DNA of 64,000 bases from Adineta vaga (taxonomy: Eukaryota > Animalia > Rotifera), in contig CP075492.1 of assembly GCA_021613535.1 (NCBI GenBank), positions 5,890,001 to 5,954,000 of the forward strand, in the 5' to 3' direction. The notes beneath the pieces were generated by a model. That model did no database searches. It saw nothing but the letters and a program-made list of their open reading frames with translations, and was not told where the DNA came from. Each line of letters begins with the position of its first letter. The first letter of the stretch is position 1. Of this stretch, positions 24,140 through 37,463 are shown in pieces. A program made the position numbers and the translations under genes.

Positions 24140-26922
24140 TCACTGTTGATTAGTAGCATTTATTTGTTTGGCATCATTAAATTGTTTATAAAATTGTTTA
24201 GCTTGATCAGTTTTCTTAAATTTTACAATAATGTCTCACGTTTAGCTGTACCATCAGAATAATCCACTGCTGACCAAATGTAAGCATTTTCTTTACCATT
24301 ATGTTCTTTCAATTCCATCTGTGATGTTATTCGATGATTTGCACATACTTTTAATACTTGTTCACGACGCATTAATACTCGACAAAGATGTGTCTGTTTA
24401 TGTTGTAAGATTTTCATCTCACCAATTCCACGTTCTTTCATTTCATTTGTTGACATATCAAAACGATAGAGTTTTGCACGTTCACAAAAGAGAATATCTT
24501 CATCTTCTTCACCTGTTCTTGTTTCGACTGGTGATAAATGTACAATAGGTTTGTATGTTACTGATGGTTCATAAGATTCATATGCATCGTTATCATTATC
24601 GTCATCTTGATCTTCCTTCGCTTGTGTATCAAATAGTAGTGTTCTTTCACCAGAAAAAACTATGAAATGAGAGATGAATAGAGAAGAATTCTTGTTTTAT
24701 TTTTTTTCATACCTCGCTGATCAGAATCTTGTGAAGTCCATTGATTATTTGAAGATTGTTGTGCTATTTGTGCAAAACTAACTTTTGGTACGTTACCAAA
24801 TGTAAATAGTGGAGTCGTATTAGTTGTAGTAGATGGATTAGAACTTGAAAACTGAAAAGTATTTGTAGATGCTTTTGTAGAAAGATCAAAATTTGCAAAA
24901 GAAAAGCCAGCCGAAACTGATTTAACCGGTACTAGATTTTCAAGTATCGAACTTGAAGAATCTGTAAAAATGGACGGATTATTATTATTAGAATGAGATT
25001 TTAAAGTTGTATCTTCTTTTGTTGTTACTATTTCTGATTGTTGAACTGATAAAAGAAAAGATATTTAATCAATCAACGAAACAACATATACAAAACGCTT
25101 ACCAAGCTCTTGTTTCACTTGTTCTATGATATTTTTTGTCAATTGTGACGCAAAATTATCGAGTGAATACGATTGCATAATATTTCCAGAAAAATTTCGT
25201 GATTTTTTCTGATGAGTTTGTACAACTGCTACTTCTTCAATGCCAGAAGAAATTTGTTCATGAATAGAATGTGGTGATGATGATGTAGTTGGTGGTGGCT
25301 GGAGGTGCACGATTACTTGGTAAAGAACGTTTTGCTTTTATTATCATTCGTCGATCTCTCGGCGGTGAAGGCATGTTTAATGTAGGAAAAGAATCTGGAC
25401 TTTCAGGAAACCAAGTTGGTACTAGTGACATTAATGTTGGTAAAGAAGAATCTACATATTTATTTGAAATGAGAAAAGAAATTATTCAAATTTTTAAGAT
25501 TATTTACTTGGAAAGAAACCTGACGGTAAGTTTCTAAGCTGTTCAAGAAGAGCAGCAGTTTGATAGGGAGTTAGTGGATCTTCAAATTGAACTAGAAAGA
25601 AAGAAAAATCAAATAATTGTTATTTCATCATGTAAAGAGTTGAATACAATGAAAAATACCTTCATTGGATAGAATCGAGGGTGAATCTTCTTTACAACCA
25701 CGACAACCTTCACAAGGTTCTTTATTTTCATATAAATAAAATGTCGATGGTAATTGAAGATGTTTAGCTCGATCAATTTGTTCTTTCGTTGGTTTAACTT
25801 CACTAATAATTGTTACATCTAACGAAAAGAATATCTATAAAAATATAGAAGCCAATCAAACATCATTCAATCTTACCCTCATCAGATAATCGCATCTTAT
25901 CAATAGAAAGAAAATCAACTGTTTGCTTTCCATTAATTGATTTAGCTTCATTGAATATTTTAACAAATCTTTTCGCTTGATCATCTGTTTTAAATCTCAC
26001 ACATAATGTCTCGTGTTTAGCTGTACCATCCGAATAATCCACTGCTGACCATATGTAAGCATTTTCTTTACCATTATGTTCTTTCAATTCCATCTGTGAT
26101 GTTATTCGATGATTTGCACATACTTTTAATACTTGTTCACGACGCATTAATACTCGACAAAGATGTGTCTGTTTATGTTGTAAGATTTTCATCTCACCAA
26201 TTCCACGTTCTTTCATTTCATTTGTTGACATATCAAAACGATAGAGTTTTGCACGTTCACAAAAGAGAATATCTTCATCTTCTTCACCTGTTCTTGTTTC
26301 GACTGGTGATAAATGTACAATAGGTTTGTATATTACTGATGGTTCATAAGATTCATATTCTTCGTCATCTTCGTTAGATGGATGAATAGTAACACTTGAG
26401 TTTATTACATCGAAAACAAAGGGAGCTGAAAAACAAGTAAATAGGAATAATTTATCGAATGTTATTATTCTATTACCAGAACGTGAGGGTAATTCATTCG
26501 TATTTATCGAAAATGGAAACTGTGATGGTGGTGATAGATCAGATCTATTTGTAAATGTAGAACTAGGAAATGGTGGTTGAAAGAAAAGCGAAGGATTGGT
26601 TATCGGTGGTGGCATGTATATCTGAATAGGTGGTGTAAAATAAGATTGCTGCAGCTGCTGTTGATTCAGTTGTTGTTGTTGTTGTTGAATAGTTACAACT
26701 CTGTTTGCTAAACTTTCTACATTGCTCTAGAATTAATATTTGCAATAGATAGAATATATAATTAATGTAAAATAATCAAACCTTAATATCGCCTAATTGA
26801 AAACGAATAATTTGCGAATATTGGGTCAAACTATGTAACACATTATTTTGAATATTCAAGCAATTGATGAACTGCTCATTAAGATATTCATCCGATGATC
26901 CAGACGGAGATTGAGCAGACAT
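24140..26922 (-). CDS. RanBP2/Nup358-like protein with two Ran-binding (RanBP1) domains; apparent 1-nt frameshift near the 3' end
   Basis: Two copies of TGEEDEDILFCERAKLYRFD...KERGIGEMKIL...RVLMRREQVLKVCANH, an LPSTFYLYENKEPCEGCRGC motif, and FxF/FTFG low-complexity segments. ATG at 26922. Confidence 0.8.
24228..26360. repeat. Near-identical ~350 bp internal duplication (24228-24585 versus 26003-26360)
   Basis: The shadow ORFs 24321-24548 and 26096-26323 are identical, and the DNA differs at only a few positions. Confidence 0.9.
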
Positions 26923-27454
26923 CTAGAATAGTGGAAGATTAAATAATCAGCATGATCTAGCCTTTAATTGTATTGATACGAAAATTTTGACGCAACGAAT
27001 CATGAGAGGAAGGACAGATAGCCATTTTCTTCTATGAGCACGAGTCTGTTCTACCTTCCTATTACTCATGGTATTTCAATTCAACGCCGATAGATGACAC
27101 TGGTTTCCGAAATCTAGTGTGTCGAAAAGAGAGATCTCTATTGACTCGCTCATAGAGTTCATGGAGAAGAGATATCATAAAATTCAAAGATTATATGCCT
27201 AGTTTTTTGCATATTGAAATTCTCTCCTATTAATAGAAGTTAATTAACATATCTTTGCTTTCCATATATAATATAAACTTCATTCTTCTAGGTATTTCAA
27301 GCTCACGCCTACTTTTTATATAACTTTCGAATAAATTAAGTACATTATTTCATGAAGTTTATTTTGTCAACAATATAGATCTAACGTTCACCAAAATGAA
27401 TATCACTACTTCGATTAACTTAAAAACTACACTAATCAATTGAATGAAATTATC

Positions 27455-28240
27455 TACTGAATCATATGGTTTATTCCATTGGATATTCTCATGATCATAT
27501 GTATGCGTATGATTTTTCTACTTTCGTTTCTTTTTCTGTTATTGATTATTTTGGATAAAACACGTTCTACTATTTCAATGATATTAGTTATCAATTGATG
27601 TTTAACTAGATTAATTGTTGGATGTGTTACATTCACTATGACTCTATTTGCATTACACAATGATATAGAACGTATCTCTTATCGAGATTCACTTTGTATT
27701 GCTCGAGGTGATATATTGGTTATGCATCGTATGGAACTCTTAGTTGTTCATTTGTCTTACAAGCTTTGCATCGATATATATCCATTGTCTATCCAAAATG
27801 TATATTCTTTCAATCAATGCGATTTCAATTCATAGCTATTTTCTTGACATGGATCTTTGGTTTTAGTTATTCCCGGTGAAATTATTTATAATGCTGTCAA
27901 TCAAATCTGTCAAAAACCTATTCGATGCTCTTTCTAACAATCTATGGTGCATTATATGCTTATTCAATACCGATAATAGGCATTGTATGTATTTATGCTC
28001 GAAATATTCGTAAACATCTTGTCGTCTCAAATACTTTAATTCGTGCACAAAGACAATTAAAAATATGGTACGACGAACGGTTATATTAGTGACGATTCTA
28101 ATTTCTCGTTCTTTTCCATATATACATTGATTTTATTATCAATATTAATTGCAGTATTTCAACAGATGTCACTAATTTTGACTATCATTAATTAATTATT
28201 GATTGCAATTTCTATCTTATTTTGTTAAAAACTATCAAAA
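27455..28240 (+). pseudogene. Class A GPCR pseudogene
   Basis: Reads LLIILDKTRSTISMILVIN*...FALHNDIERISYRDSLCIARG (frameshift) GYASYGTLSCSFVLQALHRYISIVYP...IFLTWIFGFSY, i.e. a TM3 HRY motif and TM4 Trp, with multiple stops and frameshifts. Confidence 0.72.
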
Positions 28241-28509
28241 TTGTAAATCATCATTCGAATTAAGCAGTAATCTATCTAGAAAAGTAATGGAGGTTTATGT
28301 ACATAACTAATGGAGACGAAAGAAAAATTTCTAGAAAATACTTGTTTTTACTATTCTTCATGAATAACAGTCTGAAGATACTCATGATTGGTCAGTGCAT
28401 AATGACATCATATGATATGTTTTTTTCTTCACATAACTCAATACATGAGAAGAAATTTATTAATTTTAGATTTCATACGTTATCAATTTATTCCTATTTT
28501 GTTTAAACA

Positions 28510-29864
28510 ATGTTTACAACTACAATTAATGTAGAAAATGATGTACGACGTCGATATAATCGACGAGTACTTTTCTGTATTCGAATTAAGTAAGTTCTTC
28601 TATTTCTATTAGATAAATTTATCTCTTATCTCAGACAAATATCATATCATCATCATGATAAGAAGTACATCACTATCAGATTGATTTCTATGACTTCTGA
28701 ATATAAATAACTCGCATTGAAATCGAAATCGAAAAGCATTTTAACTGAAATTTTTTCTTTCGTAGAGGAGCTGCTCTATTACTTGGTTTTTGGGATCTAT
28801 TGATTCATTCGGCAGCATTATGTGCATTAATTTTTATGTTTGGACGAACATCTCATCCAATGCATACGTTTCCAGCAACAAATGATCAACAGTCTCGTCA
28901 ATTACCAATAGCATTAGTCGATCCCTATGAACATCCATCAGCAGCATCAAATAATATCTTGAATAATAAGAATTTTTTTTCAAGTAATACTTTATTAAAT
29001 CGTATTTTGGAAAAACATAATGAAAATCATCCAGGATCGAATATAAATTCAAAAAATTTTTATTCCCACATGGATTTAATGACAGTTAATTGGGCACAAT
29101 CACTTAGTCAACGTATGTTTAAATAATGTTCTTCTTTGATTTATTCAATCTATGAATGATATTTTTTATTTTTGTGTAGAAGACAAATGTGTCGTTTTCT
29201 TTGTGGTTTTTACAGCAACAATTCTGATTTTAGCCCATATTTGTGGAGTTTTAACCGTAAGTTTCTTTTTTTTTTCATATTTTAAAATTTCGATTTTTCT
29301 TTATTTTTAGAATAAACCGTCGTATATCGTTCCATATTTCTTAATAAAAGTATTCAATGTGATTGTATCCATCTTATCAATGTTAGGTTTTTATGCATAC
29401 TTACCTGACATTAAAATTTGGCTTCGAATGCAACCAGAATTTCCATTTAAAAACTATTTACTTGATCTTGATGGACAAACACTTCAATTGGTCGTATTTA
29501 CTCTTCTTTTATTCATTATTTTAGCAAAAGTTAGTTCTTTTTCTTTCATTTATATTCTTCTAAACTTCTTTGTCTTTGTTTCAGCTTTATATTGCAGCTA
29601 TTGTTTGGTATTGTTATGGTTATATAACTGCTTTAAATATGGCTCGAACCATTGGTACAATTACAGCTCATGCAGATGGTCCACATCCAATTATTGGCGG
29701 AGTAAATTTTGATTAAATTGTTTTCATTTTTTTAGAAAAATTCTCGTTTTTTCTTTTTTAAATAGATGTATTCACCGCCAAAATATGAAGAAGCAATTAA
29801 ATCAAATCCTCATCAAGAAGAAGATTACGCACCACCTCCATATACACCATTACTCTCAACATAA
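28510..29864 (+). CDS. LAPTM4: Lysosomal-associated transmembrane protein (LAPTM4/Mtp family)
   Basis: LFCIRI|RGAALLLGFW at the start, four TM segments, KPSYIVPYF, IVWYCYGY, and C-terminal PY motifs PPKYEEA and PPPYTP. Confidence 0.75.
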
Positions 29865-30235
29865 ATTCATTCTTAAAAATCTCAGTTTTTCATTCTTTTA
29901 TGGAGGTTTATTCTGATTACTTTATCTTCTTCTTCTTCTTCTTTCTTTTTTTGAAAACCGACAACAACAATTTATATATATATATATTCATGCATGTTCT
30001 CTTCATAAGCATGACGAAGATTAATTGAATGACAACATCTTGCATGTGATTTTTTTGTATATAAAGAAATCTATTTATCGAAATAAAATAAAATTCCATT
30101 CTCCCGATTCGAAAACATCATGTTGATTCTATTAAAAATCGATACTTTTCAAAAAGAAAGGACACTTTGGAAAACTAAAACAGAATTTCGTTAGTTCATT
30201 TTTAAGACACTCGAATGAGGATTATATGTTCATTA

Positions 30236-31077
30236 TCAGGTTTCCATCACTGAAGGAAGTAATATACTGGAAGCAGTTTCGAAATTTGTCGAATGCAAAT
30301 TCTTTTCATCTTTTCGTTTGTGTGATAATAAGGAATTTTGTAATCGACGGAGGAATGGTAACGTACCTGGAGATTGTAATTCTAAATTTATGAAATTAGT
30401 TTTCAATAGAAGAAAATCTTGTTTATCGAAATTACCATCTTTTTCGAAAATACATTCTCCAACATTGATTTCTTGTAAAGGATCATTCGTTTTTAATCGA
30501 CTCAATTGAGGAACAGGAAGAGTATCACCTGTGGTATGATTATCTTTCGAAGTTTTTGTTAGAAGATTCGACGATGTGAAATCAATGGATTCATTTATAT
30601 CCGTTGATACTTGGTCAGTTTTACAATTTTTCGATGTTGTTGTTGTTGTTGTTGCTGCCGGTGCAGATGCAGGTGTAGTAGTTTTAGTATTATAAGTACG
30701 TGATCCATTTGTTCGACTATTTTTATAATTTTTACCTTCAACACGAAGATCAATTCCAACATAATTTGGAACAGCAACTGGAGCACCTTTATGAATTAAT
30801 TCAAAACGACCTGTATCTTCTGATCGATCATATTTTCGATCGATGACAACTAAATAATGATGAATAATGACAAGCGTCTTTCTCTTTCTTTTTTCTTTTC
30901 TTACCTTTACAAGTATCTTCAAGAACATCATCACACATTTCAGTTGTTACAGCAGTACAACGAGCCATTGTTGGACTACAATTGATTTCAATAAGCCATG
31001 GTTGTAGATCTTCACTTAACATAAAATCTGCACCGAATAATTCGAATGAATTCTATGAAAACATGATCATCATCATC

Positions 31078-31113
<36 letters not shown>

Positions 31114-33830
31114 TCATCAAAATAGATCTTACTTTACGTGTATCGATGGTATCTTGTGCAACAAGCATTGAACATATGATTGCTTCTTTCATCGCTGGAT
31201 AGATAAATGAATCCCATTTTCCGGCTAATTTCTTTGGTCGAAGATATTTTTCAATAAATTCTGAATTTCTCCACATATTTTCCACTAAACAATCGAAATC
31301 AATCGATCAATTATGTTATTTGAATTATCTCATACCTGGTAAATCGTGATGTCGATTGGAATTATTTCTGTAATGTTTTTGAATAGCATGATTACATAAA
31401 TGTACATTTTGTTGACATGTTGCTAAACTAAAATGTTCTGTACAAAAACGAAGATAACAATCTTTATACATCCAGATTGTTAATGGATTCCAATCAGTAA
31501 CAAGAAACCATTGACGAATATCGAATTTAATATTATGAATAAGTAATGGACGTTCAATATATTTTTGAACAATAAATTTCGCTTTATCCGTTACAGTGGA
31601 TGTGCAAAGTTTTAACATATCATCCAGACGATCATAAACAACAATTCCTAGATAAATTTTTTTCGAATATTCTTATTTTTAGCATTGAACAAACCTCGTC
31701 CTCGAGATTTCGCTCCTGGTTTTGATATCCAAATATTTCTTGTGCCATCGATATGATATTGTGGCCAATGTTGTTCGATATTTTTCAAACACTGTTCAAT
31801 TCGGCTCAAGTATATTTTCATTCCATCAACTTCTGCATATGAACTATTCAAATGCAACACATGATTTTCGTCAAAGACTCTTTCTCTTATTAATCCTACT
31901 GTGATGCGGCATAGAATTGTTCGATAAATTGTTTCCATTGTTCATCTGTTGAATTTTTTTGTGATGCTAATTTTATATCAATATCTTCATGATCACGTGC
32001 TGATGTAAACTGTTCAACTTTATTCAAAGCAAATTCAATTGATGTTGATGGAACTTTTTGTAATGATGGTTGACCTAACACAAACATAAAGATTCACTTT
32101 TTCTTAATTAGTTTTGAAAGAAATTGATTACTTAAACTCATATCTAAACTTGAATTGATATTCGGTTCAAGTATTCCTTTACAACGATTTCGAATAAGTT
32201 TAAGAAAACTAATACAGGCTGTTAAACGATAATCATCTAAATAAAAAGAAATCATTTCATTTTTTAATATTATGAAAATGATTATACCGATGAATGCAGT
32301 TCTTTCATCATCATGCGTTAATTTATAACATCGTGGATAGAATTCATCTGCAGAACCAGAATAAAACCATGGTAAATTTTTCAAAACAGTACACAGTCCA
32401 ACCTAGATAATAATGTACAATGAGCTGTAGAGTAAGATCGTTTTGTCAATGTACTTTCGTTGTTAAACAACCATTTCGCTCGAAATGATTCACCATTTGA
32501 TCTTTATTCAATAGACTTGTATCGTATGTAGCTAGAACTGTCCATACTAAATCAGGTGCAGCTGTTTTAACCATACGTGAAAGAATTCCATAATAGCCAT
32601 CATTTTCTTCCCATGGAGAAATCTCATTTTCATTTGTATCAGGATTTTCATCTATAAGTTACTATAACAATAAAACGATGGTTTAATGAGCATAACAAAC
32701 CGTAATCGATGTCGCCTATGATACCATCATCATCATCGTCGTCATCGTCATCATCACTTTTAGTATTTCTTTTATTGCTTTTCTTCCTCTCAGTTACAGA
32801 TGGAAATAATAGAGCACGATCAAATTTCTCTATCCAGCCACGACTAAAAAAATACAAATTAAATTGAATTATAAAAGATAGAAAGAATTGAGAATCTATT
32901 TCATTACCGTCGTAGTGATTCTCGTAGAGCTGGATATGTACCGTTGATTGAAAAGATTTTATGTTCCTACATAGAATCAACATGAAAATTAAACTTTACA
33001 ATCTATTCAAGATCGTACTTTCATTGCACGTTCAGCTTCATCTCGTGCAATTCTCAATCTTTCATGATTGATTGTTTCATTGATAACAGGTCGTTTCGGT
33101 GGTGATTCAACGCGACGAACAATCTTAGGTGGAGTTTTTGTTCGAACTATTACAGGTGCACGACGAGTTGGTCGAATAATAATTGGAGCAAGTACTGGTG
33201 CCACCGGTGGTAGTGGTGCAGGTTGTTTTACTTCATTTTTCGGTTCTTCAGGTTCTTTGGCTTGAACTGCAGGAGGTGCAGATCTTCTTGAAACACGTTT
33301 AAATGATTGAATTGGAGCGAGTATAGATGGAATCTTAGTTCGTCTTGGTAGAGATGAACCATATGTTTTAATTAATTGGGCTATACGATCATTGAATTGA
33401 TGGTCTATACAAAAGTGACAACGAAAATAATGATATCATAAGTGGATTTAGTTTACCTTTTGCACGTACTACTGCTGTTTGTTTTTCTCGAGGTGTTCGT
33501 GATGGTTCATCCACAGATGATTGTGTCTCTAAATTTAATTTTTGGTTATCTGTTCGTGATTTTGAACGTTTATCTCGACAATACCAATCTCGATAATGTC
33601 CATCGGCAATTTCTTTCTAAAATAAGAAAAATGAACCTTGTTAGTCTTTTGTTTAACTAATCGTTTACCAATTCTTGTATTCGTTGAGTATGTTTCAATT
33701 GACGTTCATAAAAATTTGTTAGAAGATTTTGAGCGATTTCATTACTTTTTTCATTCAATTTTGGTTTAAATGTAAATAAATTAGAATCACCTATTGGATA
33801 CAATTCTGCACGACTAGTGATACTTGCCAT
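30236..33830 (-). CDS. TTLL3: Tubulin monoglycylase (TTLL3/TTLL8 family)
   Basis: [19 protein letters not shown]...[38 protein letters not shown]...[38 protein letters not shown]...[10 protein letters not shown]. The 3' end is approximate. Confidence 0.88.
31080..31111. repeat. (TTC)n intronic microsatellite
   Basis: About ten TTC triplets inside a TTLL intron. Confidence 0.85.
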
Positions 33831-34080
33831 TATGAGCTGAATGTTGTTTGCATTGAGAAACTTTCTTTGTCAGATGTTTTCTTTGATTTGTTAGATTGAA
33901 AATTTACTAGGTACACAAGAATTCAATTTCAACCTGTTTTTTTTTCTTCTTTGTAGATTAACTAGATGTAAGACATGCATGTATTTGAAATGTTTTTTTT
34001 TTGTTCTTTTTTTCTCTCCTTTTGACAACAATGTAAACGAGAAAAAAAAATTGAAGACGAATAAATTCATTCGGAGTGAA

Positions 34081-34093
34081 GTTTCATAGCAAC
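34081..34093. promoter_or_regulatory. RFX X-box upstream of the TTLL3/8 gene
   Basis: GTTTCATAGCAAC fits the X-box consensus and lies ~250 bp upstream of the ATG of a ciliary gene. Confidence 0.65.
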
Positions 34094-34659
34094 GCCTCTC
34101 TACAAACGAAGAATAAGTGAATGATTAGATATGAGATATAATATACATGAACAGAACAAACGCTACAGGTATCATATGTTTTACATCTCTACAAATAAGT
34201 GGATACAATATTTTATTCATAACATTAATGGAATTTTGTTTTTTGTAATAATATTATGTCAGAAGAAATACTAAATAATTGAGCTATGTAAATTTGATAG
34301 AACATTACATGATTTTTCATACGAGAAAATCAAGCACTTGTTATCGTGCACTCTTTCATGAAATTACATAAGAATATCGATATGAAGCTTATGTTAATCC
34401 ATTTGTGGTTGTTCTTATAAATGTAGAGATATTTTCAACTGATTTCTTCGAGAAGAAACGTGTTTTTATTCCTTCAACGTCGTAAAATCTCACATCTGAT
34501 AAGAAGAAAACATAGAAAAATGACAAAAAAAAACAAAAGTTCTCTTTCTTCCGTTGATGTTGTTTGTCTATAGACTTTAAATATTCTATCGTTGTTGTCA
34601 GTTATTTGACATAAATAAACTTGCCTCTCTTTCTCTGAAATTGTGTATCTTTAAATAGC

Positions 34660-35541
34660 ATGACTACTGTATGGGCACGATGTGAAGGAGCTTTCATGGG
34701 ACATGCGATTGCATCTCAATATGATTCATCAATATTTATGGCATTAAATGTAGGTGAAAGTCTTTGTACTTGTAAAGAATATAATGGACCAGATATTCTA
34801 TCGAAACATTTGTATTTATATCATACGAAACGATATGAAGTTGGTGAAATAACAAAATATATCCATCAAGAAGCATTGACACATATAAATACACGATCAT
34901 CAACAATTACTCAAGAGAGTTTTCGATTCAATCAATCGACTATAGATGAACTTGTTCAATCAGCTCATCAGAAATCGGATGGTCATACTGCGAGTATTGG
35001 ACCAGCACAACGTTCTTATCCACTTGCTTTTTGTGCCTATATTAATGATGAAGATCTAGCTGATGTAACAATGTCAGAAGCTAAATTAACGCATCATAGT
35101 CCATTAGCAGGTCAAGTTGCGACTATTGTAAATCTTATCTGTCGTTCTCTACTTCGTAATCGCAATTGGAGTGATTCAGTTAATGCAGCATTTACAGAAG
35201 CTAATCTTCATGATGACGTTAAAAATGTCTTGATGCGTCATCGTCGCTGGCCAAATCCAATAAATGAAACGCATCCTGCCTATGCACCAACAATACTCAA
35301 TGCTGCTCTTCATTATGTTGCAACATCGAGAAGTACAGAAGAAGCTATTGAAGCTGCAGCATATGCAAAACATAAAGATTATTGTACACCCATTGTTGGA
35401 ATATTAGCTGGAGCACGATGGGGAGTGCCTGAGAAAATGTTTAAAGACCATAAAGATACTTCTAGTTTGGTAGCACTGCGAACTACAGCTAATAGACTGA
35501 TTAATCTTTGGTCTACCAATCCTTGCGATATATCTGTTTGA
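34660..35541 (+). CDS. ADP-ribosylglycohydrolase (ARH/DraG)-fold protein, intronless, catalytic acidic motifs lost
   Basis: ARCEGAFMGHAIA, MALNVGESL, ASIGPAQRSYPLA, EAKLTHHSPLA and IVGILAGARWGVPE follow the ARH motif order. There is no TDD or DxDT motif. Confidence 0.72.
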   Translation: MTTVWARCEGAFMGHAIASQYDSSIFMALNVGESLCTCKEYNGPDILSKHLYLYHTKRYEVGEITKYIHQEALTHINTRSSTITQESFRFNQSTIDELVQSAHQKSDGHTASIGPAQRSYPLAFCAYINDEDLADVTMSEAKLTHHSPLAGQVATIVNLICRSLLRNRNWSDSVNAAFTEANLHDDVKNVLMRHRRWPNPINETHPAYAPTILNAALHYVATSRSTEEAIEAAAYAKHKDYCTPIVGILAGARWGVPEKMFKDHKDTSSLVALRTTANRLINLWSTNPCDISV

Positions 35542-35813
35542 AAAATAAATCAACTGAATTTTCATAGTAATTTTTCTTTTCTGTTAGATCGACATTCAAT
35601 TGATATTTCATAAGATGAATGAAGAATTAAGTATTTGTTTAGTTCACCAAATCGATAAGTACATAGGCAAAATTACAGAACAATATTCTTATTTATGAGA
35701 ATTTTATTTGAATAAAAGAATAAGATAATCAAGCAAACATTTATGCCAAAAAAAATCATATTTAGAATTGTTCGAGAAAAAAAGAAAGAAAGCGATGTCT
35801 TTTGTCTTAGCGA

Positions 35814-36986
35814 TTAGATGCTCTGTGTTGTTAACACATTTGGTAAGAATTTTTCAGTCATTTGTAGCATAGCTTTTGGTATCCAATGAATTCCACCTTC
35901 GGGAACATATTCAAATGGTTGTTCGACAGCAAAAACTTTTGCAAATCGATACCACCATCGAAGTGGTGCAAGAACTTGATGAGCTAAATTATGACTGACT
36001 ACACTTGAATAGCATGAAGCAGCAATATCATTGACAATCAATGTACCTGAAGAAAATATACTTGCAGAAAATTTTCTAATGAACAAAACTTTACCATGAC
36101 TAGTCATTGGTGTGAAATATCCAACACGATATTCTTCGCTAACATTTCGTACTGTGACTGGTTGAAGTTGACCTTGAACATGAATAAAAACTGTATCACG
36201 TGATTTAATTTGATTTGCTGGAATGAATTGATCATTGTGATTAACAGCAATAAAATGATTACCAGTTAAACTTAATCGATGACCGGTTTCAGTTTCGATC
36301 GAATAGAATAATGCTAAATATTCAGATAGATAGATAAATGAAGAAATATTTTTGTTCCTCATATAACTATAGGAAATCAACAAACCTGGTCTTTTTGGTT
36401 GACTATCCAACATCATAATAATTTCATCTTCTTCAATTTGTTTTTGACTATTCATAACAAGTACACGATCACCTGGTCGAAGCTCACTTAAAAGTTTTCG
36501 TTCACCATTTGCCATCGAAGCAAAATCATCACCGGAAAAACATTTTGGATTACCTTAAAGCAATATCTTTTATTCTTACTGCATTGAAACAAATTACTTA
36601 CGACGAAGTGGACATTCATCAGGTTCTGGTAAACCAGGATTAACACAACACCATTGAGCCAAATTTTGTAATTCAGTTAAACCACCTTCAGCTGCCTAAA
36701 ATATTCAATTTTAAATAGAAAACATAGGACTTGCTTGTTTTTGTCTTACCCATCCACCAATACAATTTCGTGTTTTAGTTTTAAAACATTCCATATATCG
36801 TTCAGCAAGATTACAAAATAATTTCAAATTGCCTTTGGCTGCTTGTATAATTGCTTGAACATCCAATTGTGCACATTCTGCTAATTGTACTGGATCTTCT
36901 TCTACTGGACATGGTGCTTGACTAATTGCCAATTGAATGATAAGACTTATTAGAACACAGACAAAAAGAGATCTTTGAGTTGACAT
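35814..36986 (-). CDS. Hedgehog-related secreted protein: Cys-rich N-domain plus Hog (Hint + sterol-recognition) domain
   Basis: Signal peptide, 8-Cys domain, then NPK/CFSGD, LRPGDRV, MLDSQP, LTGNHFI, FTPMTSHG|TLIVNDIAASCYS, AHQVLAPLRW and GIHW. Confidence 0.88.
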
Positions 36987-37463
36987 CTTCTCCTTTCGCT
37001 TCTTGTTTTGCAAATCAATGCATAAAATGATTTTATATAAGCATTTATAGATAATCTTCTATTTTGTTTCCCTCCTCCTCTATATTGTGTCAATAAACAA
37101 GAAAATAAGTACATTATAAATTTATGTCTATATTTGATTAGGATTGTTAGAAGAAGATAATTGAAATACTAATTCAATATTATCTTTCATCCTTCCACTC
37201 GATGATTATTACTTTTTAATTAAATCGATAAATATAATCGAACAACTAAAGAGCAAATAGACTAAATCGATGATTGATCATGGTTTTATTAATATTGAGA
37301 AAAGAAAAATTCAATGCATGAAACTATACGACAAGGAAAATGTTTGATTTCTCTTTCGAAAAACAAAACTGCAACAAATTGATCTAATAATTCGTTTTTC
37401 TTATAGAAGCAACTTAATCTGGTTTTTTTTTTATTAGGACGGTGTTTTTCCTTCTTTCATCGA

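Noticed and set aside
36180-36545. Intein (mobile element)
   Set aside because: There is no C-terminal His-Asn or endonuclease domain, and a Hedgehog-type SRR follows, so this is a Hog domain.
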